A stretch of 64,000 nt of DNA, taken from positions 64,001 to 128,000 of the forward strand of contig CAWFGE010000019.1 in assembly GCA_963815195.1 (NCBI GenBank). Reading direction: 5' to 3'. Source of the DNA: an uncultured Planctomycetaceae bacterium. Lineage in GTDB: Bacteria; Planctomycetota; Planctomycetia; Planctomycetales; Planctomycetaceae. Positions 18,781-30,795 of this stretch are shown here, piece after piece (the first letter of the stretch is position 1; each line of letters begins with the position of its first letter). A program made the translations under genes and the position numbers. A model generated the notes under the pieces. It made no database searches and was not told where the DNA came from. It saw only the letters and a program-made list of their open reading frames with translations.

Positions 18781-19230
18781 GAGCTTCTTAATGACATGCA
18801 CGCTCGAGGTCAGTCCGGTTCGGGTCTTGGTCTTTCGCATTAAACGCATCGCGGTCTCGATGGTGTCGAACAGCATGCCTTGGCAGGCCCGCGTGACGTG
18901 CGGAAAGAACCGCCGCTCGATCGGGTTATATTTGGAACAATAGGTCGGATAGTGAGCGACCCGGATCGGCAAGCCAATTTCCCCAGCCAATGCCTCCAAA
19001 TCCTGCTTGAAGATATGGTGTCGATAGTTGTTGCTGCCGCCCGCGTCACAGAGCCAAAGGATTTCCGAGGCATGGGGATAATGCTGCCGGGCGATTCGCT
19101 TCCAATACCAGCGGAAGCTCTCGCAGGCGAATTGGCTGGTCTCATGCGAGGTGCCCAGATTGATGTGTCCATGATTGCGCTTCAAATCGTAGATACCGTG
19201 CGGAATGAGCACGCCGTCGGCCCAAGCGTC
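18778..19230 (-). mobile_element. ISAzo13-family transposase, internal fragment
   Basis: IPHGIYDL..N.G....GTSHETSQFA, LCDAGGSN, HYP.YCSKYNPIERRFF. No N-terminus and no terminal repeats seen. Confidence 0.8.
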
Positions 19231-19563
19231 TGAAACACATTCCGCATCCGCTCTTCGATCTCAGGGTCATACTGATGAAAATACTGAAATGCCATCAATC
19301 CGTTCCTCCGTGGCAAACTTAGTCCTGGTGTCATTCTCCATTTCAATTATAACAAGAATTTCACAGTTGTTTTTTCACCGATCCCAATGGTCCGCACAGC
19401 GGATCCTACTTGGCTTTCGCGCCACCACGAGCCTTGTTATGCTCGGTCTGAGATCAGAAACACCGCTAGGAATAAGTTGATGCCGAATCGCCAGCAGGAT
19501 CTTCGACCGTGGCATGCCACACGACCGTCACGAACTCTCGAATACCCGTAGGAAGACTACGCC

Positions 19564-22365
19564 GTGGATGTACTAATCGGAGAGAAACTACACCAACTTC
19601 GTGCAGACGACATCCTGCGGCTATTGGGAACGGACGCCGAAAGAGGGCTCGACATCCTGGAGATCCAGACGCGTCAGACGCGGTTCGGCCCCAATCTCAT
19701 TCCCGCCGCGAAAGGACACGGACCGTGGATGCGGTTCTTACTGCAATTCCACACACCCTTGGTGTACATCCTGCTGACGGCGGCGGCGATTACGGCACTT
19801 TTGCATGAATGGGTCGATTCGGGGGTGATCTTTGGCGTCGTCCTCGTGAACGCTGTCATTGGATTCCTACAAGAGTCCAGTGCCGCGAAAGCACTGGCGG
19901 CGCTGGCTCAGACGACGTTGACCGAAGCCAGCGTATTGCGTGCTGGCGAGCTGCGGCGAATCTCCTCCACCGAGTTAGTGCCCGGCGACATCGTCTTTTT
20001 GCAGTCCGGCGACAAGGTGCCCGCGGACCTACGGCTATTTCACTGCCGAGACCTTCAAGTCGATGAATCGGCTCTGACCGGTGAATCCGTCCCTGTAAAC
20101 AAACAAGTGGACGTGATGGCTGCTGATGTTTCGCTCGCGGAGCGCCGCAATCTGGCCTATACATCCACTCTTGTGACCTACGGTCAGGCGCGGGGCGTGG
20201 TCTTCGCGACGGGCGCGAGCACAGAGGTGGGGCACATTTCGAAGCTGATTTCCACTGCCGACGTGCTGGAGACGCCGCTGACTCGCAAGATCGCGAAGTT
20301 CAGCCGTCTGCTCATGGTAGTGATTTTAGGATTGGCTGGCGTGACGTTTCTGGTAGGTTGGTTACGCGGGCAACCGGCGTTCGAGATGTTCATGGCTGCA
20401 GTGGCGCTGGCGGTTGGAGCGATTCCAGAAGGGCTGCCGGCGGCGGTCACGATTACGTTGTCGATTGGCGTCGCGCGGATGGCCCGTCGGCGAGCCATTA
20501 TCCGTAAGTTACCCGCCGTCGAGACTCTGGGAAGCACCACCATCATCTGTTCGGACAAGACCGGCACACTCACGGTCAACCAAATGACCGTGAGTGAAAT
20601 CCTGGCGGGAGATTCGCGGTATGAAGTCTCCGGCAGCGGCTATGGCCCCCTTGGCGAGATCAAAAACGTGAGCGAATCAGGCCCCGCCCTGGCCGACAAC
20701 ATCGCTGCACGGGAATGCTTACTGGCGGGCCTGTTGTGCAACGATTCTGCGCTGGCCGAGAAGGCGGGACGGTGGGAGGTTCAGGGCGATCCCACGGAAG
20801 GCGCGTTGATTGCCTCAGCAGCGAAGGGGGGCCTGGACCAAAAGGAATCGTCTGCACGTCTTCCGCGGATCGACGTGATCCCGTTCGAGAGTCAGCATCA
20901 GTACATGGCGTCGCTGCACGAGGGCGAGTCCGCAAAGGGGCGAAAACTGTATGTTAAGGGCGCGGCGGAGGTGGTGCTGTCGAAATCGGTGGCCATGCTC
21001 GACGCGAGTGGTCGCGAGGCTCCGCTGGACGCCGCCGCGGTGCAACGGCAGCTTGAGAGCCTGGCCGTGAAAGGACTGCGGGTGTTGGTGCTGGCCTCAG
21101 CCGACCTGCCGGGCGACACGCAGTCGATCAACCATGCCGACGTGAATGAGCTGACATTGCTGGGGTTGCAGGGGATAATCGACCCGCCGCGCCCGGAAGC
21201 GATCAGCGCGGTGCGGGCCTGCCAGTCGGCTGGAATTCACGTCAAGATAATCACGGGCGACCATGCGCTGACCGCCCAGGCCATTGCCCGACAGCTTGGA
21301 CTGAATGGGCGGGACGCGGCCGAGCCCGAAGGCCCACTGGTACTGACCGGCCGCGATCTAGCGGAGCGATCCGATACCCAATTGATCGACACTGCGGATC
21401 AGGTGGCCGTGTTTGCGCGCGTAACGCCCGAACAGAAACTTCGGCTGGTCCGCGCGCTCCAGGCGGGTGGCCACATCGTGGCGATGACTGGGGACGGCGT
21501 GAATGATGCACCGGCGCTCAAACAGGCCGACATCGGCGTGGCCATGGGGGTCGGTGGCACCGAAGTCGCCAAGGAAGCGGCCGACATGGTCCTGACCGAC
21601 GATAACTTTGCGACCATCGAGGCGGCCGTCGAAGAAGGGCGCGGGGTCTTCGACAACCTGACCAAGTTCATCGTTTGGACTCTGCCCACAAACATGGGCG
21701 AAGGCTTGGTCATCCTGGCGGCGATCTTCGCCGGCACGACCCTGCCAATCCTGCCAGTGCAGATCCTGTGGATCAACATGACCACGGCAGTGCTGCTGGG
21801 ATTGATGTTGGCCTTCGAACCAAAAGAGCCCGACATCATGCAGCGGCCACCGCGCGATCCCAAGACGCCTATCCTCACCGGCGCACTGATCGGCCGCATC
21901 CTGATCGTCTCGGCGATTTTGCTCATCGGCGCGTTTGGATCGTTCGAGTGGGCACTTGGCAAGGGGGCCGAGTGGGGGCGGGACGAGGCGGCCAGCGACG
22001 CCCATGCCCGAACCGTGGCGGTCAATGTGTTCGTGATGGTGGAATTGTTTTACCTGTTCAATTGCCGTTCGCTGACGAAATCGATGTTTCAACTGGGCAT
22101 GTTCTCGAATCTCTGGATCTGGGTCGGTGCGGGGAGCATGGTGGCGTTGCAGTTACTGTTCACCTACGCGCCGTTCATGAACCGGTTCTTCCACAGCGCG
22201 GCGATTGGTTGGGACGCCTGGTGGCGAATCCTGCTGACCGCCGTGGTGGCCTATTTGATTGTGGGGCTGGAGAAGTGGGGTCGGCGGAAATGGGCAGATC
22301 GAGCGTCTGTTGGCGTCATTGCGGTTGCCGATTCCGAAATACGGTCAAAGGGGCCAAAGCGATGA
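19564..22365 (+). CDS. Cation-transporting P-type ATPase (type IIA, Ca2+-ATPase-like)
   Basis: LTGES, AIPEGLP, CSDKTGTLT, KGAAE, DPPR, TGDH, MTGDGVNDAPALK. Confidence 0.96.
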   Translation: MDVLIGEKLHQLRADDILRLLGTDAERGLDILEIQTRQTRFGPNLIPAAKGHGPWMRFLLQFHTPLVYILLTAAAITALLHEWVDSGVIFGVVLVNAVIGFLQESSAAKALAALAQTTLTEASVLRAGELRRISSTELVPGDIVFLQSGDKVPADLRLFHCRDLQVDESALTGESVPVNKQVDVMAADVSLAERRNLAYTSTLVTYGQARGVVFATGASTEVGHISKLISTADVLETPLTRKIAKFSRLLMVVILGLAGVTFLVGWLRGQPAFEMFMAAVALAVGAIPEGLPAAVTITLSIGVARMARRRAIIRKLPAVETLGSTTIICSDKTGTLTVNQMTVSEILAGDSRYEVSGSGYGPLGEIKNVSESGPALADNIAARECLLAGLLCNDSALAEKAGRWEVQGDPTEGALIASAAKGGLDQKESSARLPRIDVIPFESQHQYMASLHEGESAKGRKLYVKGAAEVVLSKSVAMLDASGREAPLDAAAVQRQLESLAVKGLRVLVLASADLPGDTQSINHADVNELTLLGLQGIIDPPRPEAISAVRACQSAGIHVKIITGDHALTAQAIARQLGLNGRDAAEPEGPLVLTGRDLAERSDTQLIDTADQVAVFARVTPEQKLRLVRALQAGGHIVAMTGDGVNDAPALKQADIGVAMGVGGTEVAKEAADMVLTDDNFATIEAAVEEGRGVFDNLTKFIVWTLPTNMGEGLVILAAIFAGTTLPILPVQILWINMTTAVLLGLMLAFEPKEPDIMQRPPRDPKTPILTGALIGRILIVSAILLIGAFGSFEWALGKGAEWGRDEAASDAHARTVAVNVFVMVELFYLFNCRSLTKSMFQLGMFSNLWIWVGAGSMVALQLLFTYAPFMNRFFHSAAIGWDAWWRILLTAVVAYLIVGLEKWGRRKWADRASVGVIAVADSEIRSKGPKR

Positions 22366-22384
22366 GATACGAAAAGCAAGGAGA

Positions 22385-23010
22385 ATGGACATGATAAAAC
22401 GCATTCTGGTGGGATTGGCGGGTACGACCTATACGCGCGTAGCAATTCAACGTGCCGTTACACTGGCGCAATCGCATGATGCTGAGGTGACGGGAGTCAC
22501 CATTCTCGACAGCAGTCGCGTTCGCCGTGATAGCATTGGACTGGTTAAAGCACCGAAGCGCGAGTTGATTCGCGCGGAGCGGCTGGAGATTGCTCGGTCG
22601 CAGATTCAACAGTCCGTCAACGATCTGGAAACTGCCTGCCAGAGAGCCAATATCAAAGACCGGGTCGTCGAGGAGTCGGGCGATGCATTCACGGCGCTAA
22701 TCGCTCTGGCGCGTTACCACGACCTGATGGTGTTCGGCCTGCGCAGTGTCTTCGAGTACGACTTTCTGACCGGCGATCCTGAATCGCTCTTGATCAGGTT
22801 GGTCAGTGCTGGAGTCCGTCCGCTGATTGCGGTATCGGAGAAGCACCGCAGTATCTCGCGCGTGCTGATCGCGTACAGCGGCTCAATGGAGTCGGCCAAG
22901 GCCATGAAGCGGTTCGTGCAAATGCGGTTGTGGCCGGACGCGGAGCTGCGTCTTTTCACGTTTCACCCCTCGAACGACAAGGCTCGTGAACTGTTGGTCG
23001 CCGCGGCGGC
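22385..23010 (+). pseudogene. Tandem-domain universal stress protein, truncated in the second domain
   Basis: IKRILVGL.G...ARYHDLMVFG...RVLIAYSGSMESAKAM. After ELLVAAAA the frame reads antisense through the next gene. Confidence 0.7.
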
Positions 23011-23107
23011 GGTGGCTGGGGTCAGGCTGCCGGAACGGGTATTGAATCAGAAGGCAACGGTATCGGCAGCCTGCCCCCAGACGAGCCAATACGCACATCG
23101 CGAACGA

Positions 23108-23788
23108 TCATTCCGCGATCGGCTTTGCACGCAGGCAGGTGGGTTCGCTTTTCAAAGTTTGGCGGAGAAATGTTCGAATCGTGGCGACATCCGTGAACAG
23201 GCACAGCGGCTGGGGCATTTCGGGATAGCTGCTGATGATCCCGGCCAATTGATTGTCCCGCACCACCGCCCCGCCGCTCTCCCCTTGGATCGGCCGCTGG
23301 TTGACGGCGAGGGGATGGTACAAAAAATCCGTGGGGACGATTCTGCCTTCCGTCACGCGAACTTCACCCCCTTCGGGATAGCCCGCCATAAACACCACCG
23401 CATTGGGAGACAACGGCACGCTCGAAATCGGCAGGCAGCGAAGCTGCGGGATTTCGACCGGAATCTGCAATAAGGCCAGATCGATTCCATTTTCCCGGCG
23501 GGAGCTGACCAGATCGGCGGGAATCCAGCGATTGGCGATGTGGATCGCGATTTCATCCGCCTCGACCAGCACCGCATTCGGGCTGAGCGGAGCCAGCGTG
23601 TGGGCCGCGGTCAAAAACAAATGCCCATTTTCGGGCGTTGTCCCCAAATACACCGCCGACGCCCAGGCCGTGTAAGATCGACAATTCTGCAGGTTGCACT
23701 CGTGCATCGCCACGCGGAGCGGGACGACTTGGGCGAACGCGGACGAACTCAGCGAAGCGAAGATGAGCCACAAAACGACAGTACGCAT
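23108..23788 (-). CDS. Secreted trypsin-like (S1) serine protease
   Basis: Signal peptide ending AFA-Q, LTAAH (His), DLALL (Asp), QGESGG (Ser). Confidence 0.82.
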   Translation of the reverse strand: MRTVVLWLIFASLSSSAFAQVVPLRVAMHECNLQNCRSYTAWASAVYLGTTPENGHLFLTAAHTLAPLSPNAVLVEADEIAIHIANRWIPADLVSSRRENGIDLALLQIPVEIPQLRCLPISSVPLSPNAVVFMAGYPEGGEVRVTEGRIVPTDFLYHPLAVNQRPIQGESGGAVVRDNQLAGIISSYPEMPQPLCLFTDVATIRTFLRQTLKSEPTCLRAKPIAE

Positions 23789-23997
23789 AACGGATTCCTT
23801 TCCAGTTGGGCTTCAAAGCGAGGTTTTCCTGTCATTAAAATCGGCAAACTCGAAATCCGTTTATGACCCAAAACATTGGCGCTGGGCAAAATCTTTTGAA
23901 ATTCGCCGTCCCTGCTTGGTGAGCGTTTCGTTCAGGATTGATCCAACCCCTAGATTACATGGCGGGAATCATGGGGCTGAGGCCCCACGCTCGCCCT

Positions 23998-25341
<1,344 letters not shown>

Positions 25342-25902
25342 CAAGGACTCCGCAGGGAAAAGTGCGGTTTGGGCCGCTTCCGTGGACTGCCCATCTATTC
25401 AAATTAGCTCCATTTTTGGGGGCGGGTCAAGTCGGGTTCTGGGGATTTTTTCTCCTCGGGGATTCCGGCGATTCCCTCGGGCGGCTATGCCGATTTTTGA
25501 TGAACTCTGCATACTTTCCCGCCTTCCCGGACAGTCAACTGGACAGTCCCTGTGGCGGCAATGTTCGCCCCTCAAGCGATTGCACCGGCAGAGAATGACA
25601 AAACGCAATTTCCGCTACAACTTGGCACGCAGAATGCTTGCGAACGGTCGGCCTTGGTTTCGGGTGGGGAAAAATCTGAAAAAATCCACTGCCCCGATGC
25701 CGGGACCACCGTATAATTACTATGGTACATTTTTCCAGTATCTCGCCTGAGTTCTTTTCGCATTTTCACTCAAGTTTTCCACTTCGCCCGGCTTCGTGGT
25801 GCTCCGAATTGGTCTTGGCGAACTGGCACTTTTTCTGCTAGAGTCGGCGGGTTTTGGCCCGGATTCGGCCAAATTTTCGCCGTTGGCAGGGAGATAGCCG
25901 AC

Positions 25903-28900
25903 ATGCCGCATTATGGGACTACAGTCCGTAACTCCCGGTCGAACAAGAAGTTCGGTCGTGGAGTTGTCGCCTCCGCCACAATGGCCTTGTTCGCGGGAGT
26001 GCTGTGTGCCTCCTGGTCGGTCCGGGCCGGAATTGTGCCTTCGGCCATGCTCTGGCTGGCTCCCGCGGCCGCGAATCCGCAGGCGGAGAAAACCGCGGCC
26101 ACCCAAGACGAAGCCGGGCCGTCCGCGGAAGAGGACCGTGCGATCAACTTATTGATGTACCGGGACCGGGACCGCGAGCGGTTGCTGCTGCACGCGGAAC
26201 ATCAATTCCAGGAAGGAAATCTGTCCGCGGGGCTCGAGGACCTGCAGCGGATTTTGGATTTCGAGGAAGACCTGTTCCTGCGGCGGAAGTCGGACGGGCG
26301 TTTGGCGAGCCTGCGGAGCGAGGCCTCCCGGTTGCTGGAGGGCTTGGACGCCGGCCGGTTCGCGGCTTACGAGCGGTTCGTCGATGCCGACGCCGACGTG
26401 CTGCTCCGCGAAGCCGTCCGCCGGCGGGATCCGCGGGTTTACGAGCAAGTGGCTCGGCGGTATTTCCATACCCAGCAAGGGTTTCAGGCGATGCACTGGC
26501 TGGCGACCCGCTGGTTCGATCACGGGCAGTTCAGCCTCGCCGCCCGGACGTGGGATGCCTTGGAAGCCGACCCGCGGCACCATCGCCGGTTGACCCCGGC
26601 CATGCGGGCCAAAGCCCGGCTCGCGCGGAATCTCGGTGGGAAACGAACGACAGAACCCCGGAAAATCATTCAGGTTGCAGACAGCAGCGTCTTCCCGGTC
26701 TCGGCGGGGGAAACGCGGTTGGATGTTTATCCGTCCCTTTCGTCTGGCGTCGAATCCCGCCGACCGCGCGCCTGGCGGATCTTCCAAGGCAGCCCGGACC
26801 GCTCGGAGGGGGCCGCCGCGACGACGCCGTTCTTAACTCCCTGCTGGACGGTGCCTTACGGAGAAACCCCCTCGGATGCCTTGACCGCGACCTTGGAGCT
26901 TTGGAAAGACCGGCAGGGCAAGTCGCTCGAACCTCTTGCCACGGCAGGGTTTCCGATTGTCGTCGGCCAAAAAGTCATCTTTCGGGATTTCCAAGGCATT
27001 CGCTGCGTCGATTTGGCCGACGGTGCCCAATTATGGCGCTACCCTTGCCAAACTTCTTTGCAAAACGAGCTGAATGCTTTGGATGCGAAGTTCGGCGCGG
27101 GGGGCGTGCATTCCTCGCGATCCAGTTCTTACGTCCAGTTGCAAGCGTCTTATGCAGCCAATTCCGTTTTGGGGCTGTTGTCGAGCGATGGGCAGCGGGT
27201 TTACGCAGTGGACCGGGTGGTGCTCGATGGATCCTCGGCGGAGCATGGCTCGCCGGACGAAAACTCGTCCCCGGTCGTCAAGCCGCGAAAGACGAATCAG
27301 CTTTTGGCCTTGCCCCTCTCCGCGGACGGCACATCCAAACCGCAGCCGGTGTGGGCGGTGGGCGGATTGGCGGATGCGGACTCCGCGGAGCCCGCGCTCG
27401 CCGGGCATTTCTTCCGCGGACCGCCTTTGCCCTTCGACAGCCGATTGTTCGCGATCACCGAGTGCCAAAATCAAATCAATCTCGTCGCCTTGGACCCGGA
27501 AACCGGCGGCTTGTTGTGGAAACAAGGCATCGCCTTTGCGGACGAAGCCTTCGAAGTCGATCACGGCCGCTATCCGCTCGCGTGCCCGATCGCGTTTGGC
27601 GACGGCGTGCTCGTGTGCCCCACGCAGACGGGGCTGTTGGTGGGCGTCGACGCCCTCACCGGCACGCTGCTCTGGTCGTATTGCTATGCGGAAGAGCTTT
27701 ATCAAAGCGACAAACGCGGCTGGCGGGAGCGGTTTCGCAAGTCGTGGGGCAACGACGGCTTTCCCGCCGCTCCAAAAATCTTCGGCCGGCGGGTCGTGCT
27801 CTTGCCGCGGCAGTCGGGCGAAATCCATTGCCTCGATGTGCGGACGGGCCGGCGGGTGTGGAAGACGGCCCGCGGCGACGGCGAATACATCGGAGCCGTC
27901 ACCGACGACCTGGTGCTGGTGGTGGGACAACGATATTGCCGGGGCCTTTCCGCGTCCACGGGCGAGCCGGTCTGGACCGCCCGCTACGGGATGCCGGCGG
28001 GTCAGGGCATTCTGGCGGAGGGGCAGTACCTGTTGCCATTGGAAACCGGCCGGATCGCGACGCTCGATTTAGAGACCGGGCGGGAAATCGGTTTGTCGGG
28101 TCTCCGCGGTGCCTCGAAGAATCCACAAACGCCGCCCGAATTGCTGACCGAGCTCACCGCCCGCGTCGGTTTGACTTCGCGGGAATTGCCCGAGGGCTGG
28201 CGGACGGGGAACTTGATCCCGGCGGGAGACCGGATCCTCGCTTCCGGGCCGGCGGGATTGATCGCCTTTCCGCAAACGGGCGACCTCTTGGCGAAGCCGG
28301 TGCGAAACCGGCTTCTCGCATCGCCGAACGATTTCCCGGCCCGGTTGCTCGCCGCGGAGCTTCAGCTCAACCTCGGCCAGTTTGCCGCCGCGAAAACGAA
28401 CCTCGAAACCGTGCTCGCGCCGGGAACGTCGCATCAACTTCGGCCGCACGGGGAATTCCTGTTGAGGGAACTCCTATTCCGGCAACTGGAAACGCAACCC
28501 GCCGATGCGCTGCCGTTGTTGGAGCAACTGGAAACCCTCGTTTCGTCGCCGGCGGACCGCGGGCGGTTTTCGATGTGCAAAGCGGAATATCAGATGCGGA
28601 CATTGATCCGTAGCGCCCGCGACCAGTTGCAGGTGGGCGATGCGGCGAGCGTGATGGAATCCGCCGAGGCCTTGGTCCGTTTGAACGAGGCCGGGGACTT
28701 GCCCTGGCCGCGAAATCCGAACCACACGATCTCGCCGGGCCAATTCGCGGCGCGGTTGATGAGGCGGGTCCGCGAGCAATTGGACCCCGCCCAACTCGCC
28801 CCGATTTCGCAGCACGTCGAGCAAAACTGTCTGGAAGCTCTCGCCAGTGGCGATCGGCGGCGGATGCAACGGTTCTTGACGCTCTATGAAAGCTGGCCGC

Positions 28901-30636
28901 AGTCGGCGAGCGTTCGGCAGCGATTGGCGGAGATGGCGCGGGACGCCGGGGAGTTTCAGCGGGCCGAGTTCCTGTGGCTCAAAAACCAGGGGAGCCGGGA
29001 CCCGGTCGTCCAGGCTCAAGCGACATGCGATTTGATGCAGCTTTGGAGCCAGTTGGGACTGTATTCCGAGGCGGCGGAACTCGCGGAGGAGTTGACGTCG
29101 CCTAAGTTCCGCGACCTGCCGCTGAAGAACGGCAAAACCGCCGGCGAATGCGTTTCGCAGCTTCCCAGAGAGAGCATGCTCGCCCGCGCGATCGGCCGCC
29201 GGCAGTTTCCATCAAAGACGCCGGGCCGGGTGTCGATCCGCGAGGACCGCTGGATTCCGGTCGACGAGGAACTGGTCGATGCCTTCGGCCAATATCGCCG
29301 GGAATTTTCCTTGGAGCCGGGCAGCACGTTTCAGCTTTTGGACAAAGGCTGGGTCGATGAGACCGGCGACGAACCCGAAACCCGCGTGGCGGTCATCGAC
29401 CGGTCCGCGGGCGTGATCGCCGGCAAAGTCCGCGTGCCGCTGCGGAACTCGTATCCTTCGCTGTCCAAAGGCGCCCACGTCGGGCACTTCTTCCCGGTGG
29501 GCAGCGTGAACCGCATGACCGGCGTTTCCCTGTTGGAGATCGCCGACGAAAAACCGCTCTGGAAAGTCAAGCTCGGCGACGGGGCGTCCCATCAGCACAT
29601 CCTCCGCGTGGGGCCGGCGGGACCGGGGTTCTGCGCGTTCCAGGGCCAGCAGGAACTGATCGTGCTCGATCCCGCCACCGGCGAAACGCTGTGGAAGCGG
29701 GCCGACATCGATCCATCGAGCGGCCTTGTCAGCGATCCTTACGCCGGTCTCTTCGGCGATGAAGAAGTCCTCGTGCTCTTCGCCGCCGACCGCTCGTCTT
29801 ATACCGTGTTCCAAACCGACACGGGCGAGGAACTCTACCACGGCGAATTGAAAGTCGATACCGGGCAGATCCGCAGAATCTTCGGCCGGAAATTGTTTTA
29901 CATCGCAGACGCCCCCGCAGGCCGGCGGATGCGGATTTGGGACTTCGGGGCGAACAAGCTGGTGTTCGACCAGCCGGCCGGTTCACGGATTTACACGGCG
30001 ATTACGCCGGAACATGAACTCGTCGTGCTCATCCCGCCCGTCATCGACGGCAAGCCCAATGAAGACAGCGACCAGCCCAGCCGCTTGCAGATTCTCGACG
30101 TGCCCGCGGACCGCGTGCTGCTTGATTTGGCTGTTTCCGCGGAGGACATCAAGAACCTGAATTACGTGCGGGCGTTTCGCGTCGGCGAGTCGTTCTACAT
30201 CAACTTCCAGCGTTCGGTGCAGATGCCGGTGGAACGGCTCTTCAGCTATTACGCCAGCGACGCCTTCCCGCCGGTCGAGAACATCCAAGGCGATCTCTTA
30301 GCAATCGAACCGGCGAGCGGTAAGGTGCTGTGGAAGCGGATGCTGCCCCAGCGGTCGGTGCTCAGGATGCCGCATCTCCGGCTGCCGTTTTTGGTGATGG
30401 TCAGCCGCGTCCGCGACCGCTGGCAAGGCGGGCGGCAGGGCCTGTTGGTGGAAGTCGTCGACGCCCGGACCGGCGAAACGATCGCGGAGAAGGACAACAA
30501 CTTCTCCGACCGCATCGTGCACCTCGCCTACGACCGCGAAGAAGGCCTCTTGGATCTTTACGGCCTCAAAACCCGCATCCGCGTAAGCTTCGGCCCGGAA
30601 ACGGCGAAGCTCCCCACGGAAGACGAGCCCTTGTGA
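25903..30636 (+). CDS. Very large exported protein with PQQ/BamB-like beta-propellers and TPR-like helices (start uncertain)
   Basis: 1577-aa ORF with repeated D..TG..(L/V)W blades in two clusters separated by a helical region. N-terminal hydrophobic segment. Confidence 0.8.
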   Translation: MPHYGTTVRNSRSNKKFGRGVVASATMALFAGVLCASWSVRAGIVPSAMLWLAPAAANPQAEKTAATQDEAGPSAEEDRAINLLMYRDRDRERLLLHAEHQFQEGNLSAGLEDLQRILDFEEDLFLRRKSDGRLASLRSEASRLLEGLDAGRFAAYERFVDADADVLLREAVRRRDPRVYEQVARRYFHTQQGFQAMHWLATRWFDHGQFSLAARTWDALEADPRHHRRLTPAMRAKARLARNLGGKRTTEPRKIIQVADSSVFPVSAGETRLDVYPSLSSGVESRRPRAWRIFQGSPDRSEGAAATTPFLTPCWTVPYGETPSDALTATLELWKDRQGKSLEPLATAGFPIVVGQKVIFRDFQGIRCVDLADGAQLWRYPCQTSLQNELNALDAKFGAGGVHSSRSSSYVQLQASYAANSVLGLLSSDGQRVYAVDRVVLDGSSAEHGSPDENSSPVVKPRKTNQLLALPLSADGTSKPQPVWAVGGLADADSAEPALAGHFFRGPPLPFDSRLFAITECQNQINLVALDPETGGLLWKQGIAFADEAFEVDHGRYPLACPIAFGDGVLVCPTQTGLLVGVDALTGTLLWSYCYAEELYQSDKRGWRERFRKSWGNDGFPAAPKIFGRRVVLLPRQSGEIHCLDVRTGRRVWKTARGDGEYIGAVTDDLVLVVGQRYCRGLSASTGEPVWTARYGMPAGQGILAEGQYLLPLETGRIATLDLETGREIGLSGLRGASKNPQTPPELLTELTARVGLTSRELPEGWRTGNLIPAGDRILASGPAGLIAFPQTGDLLAKPVRNRLLASPNDFPARLLAAELQLNLGQFAAAKTNLETVLAPGTSHQLRPHGEFLLRELLFRQLETQPADALPLLEQLETLVSSPADRGRFSMCKAEYQMRTLIRSARDQLQVGDAASVMESAEALVRLNEAGDLPWPRNPNHTISPGQFAARLMRRVREQLDPAQLAPISQHVEQNCLEALASGDRRRMQRFLTLYESWPQSASVRQRLAEMARDAGEFQRAEFLWLKNQGSRDPVVQAQATCDLMQLWSQLGLYSEAAELAEELTSPKFRDLPLKNGKTAGECVSQLPRESMLARAIGRRQFPSKTPGRVSIREDRWIPVDEELVDAFGQYRREFSLEPGSTFQLLDKGWVDETGDEPETRVAVIDRSAGVIAGKVRVPLRNSYPSLSKGAHVGHFFPVGSVNRMTGVSLLEIADEKPLWKVKLGDGASHQHILRVGPAGPGFCAFQGQQELIVLDPATGETLWKRADIDPSSGLVSDPYAGLFGDEEVLVLFAADRSSYTVFQTDTGEELYHGELKVDTGQIRRIFGRKLFYIADAPAGRRMRIWDFGANKLVFDQPAGSRIYTAITPEHELVVLIPPVIDGKPNEDSDQPSRLQILDVPADRVLLDLAVSAEDIKNLNYVRAFRVGESFYINFQRSVQMPVERLFSYYASDAFPPVENIQGDLLAIEPASGKVLWKRMLPQRSVLRMPHLRLPFLVMVSRVRDRWQGGRQGLLVEVVDARTGETIAEKDNNFSDRIVHLAYDREEGLLDLYGLKTRIRVSFGPETAKLPTEDEPL

Positions 30637-30795
30637 AAAATGCTCCGCCACCCCGGCGGTTGATGAGTTTGGAGGCAGGGGTCGGTTAGCGGGAATCCTG
30701 AGCCGCGAAGCGGCGGCAACAGATGGCAGCCGGCGTCAGCCCGCAGAGCGTCTTCGTGCGCGGGCGTTACAACCAGACACGACATTGAGCCGCTA

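Noticed and set aside
19240..19500. Small ORFs in the AT-richer gap before the P-type ATPase
   Set aside because: Short, with no motifs and no coding bias; I cannot support them as genes.
22259..23473. 404-aa USP fusion protein
   Set aside because: The C-terminal part is the antisense of the trypsin-like gene.
26004..28613. 869-aa alternate-frame ORF and other long shadow ORFs (2298..3677, 35348..36754, 44893..46521, 49170..50963, 55605..57647)
   Set aside because: They overlap well-supported genes, have no motifs, and are expected artefacts of high GC3.
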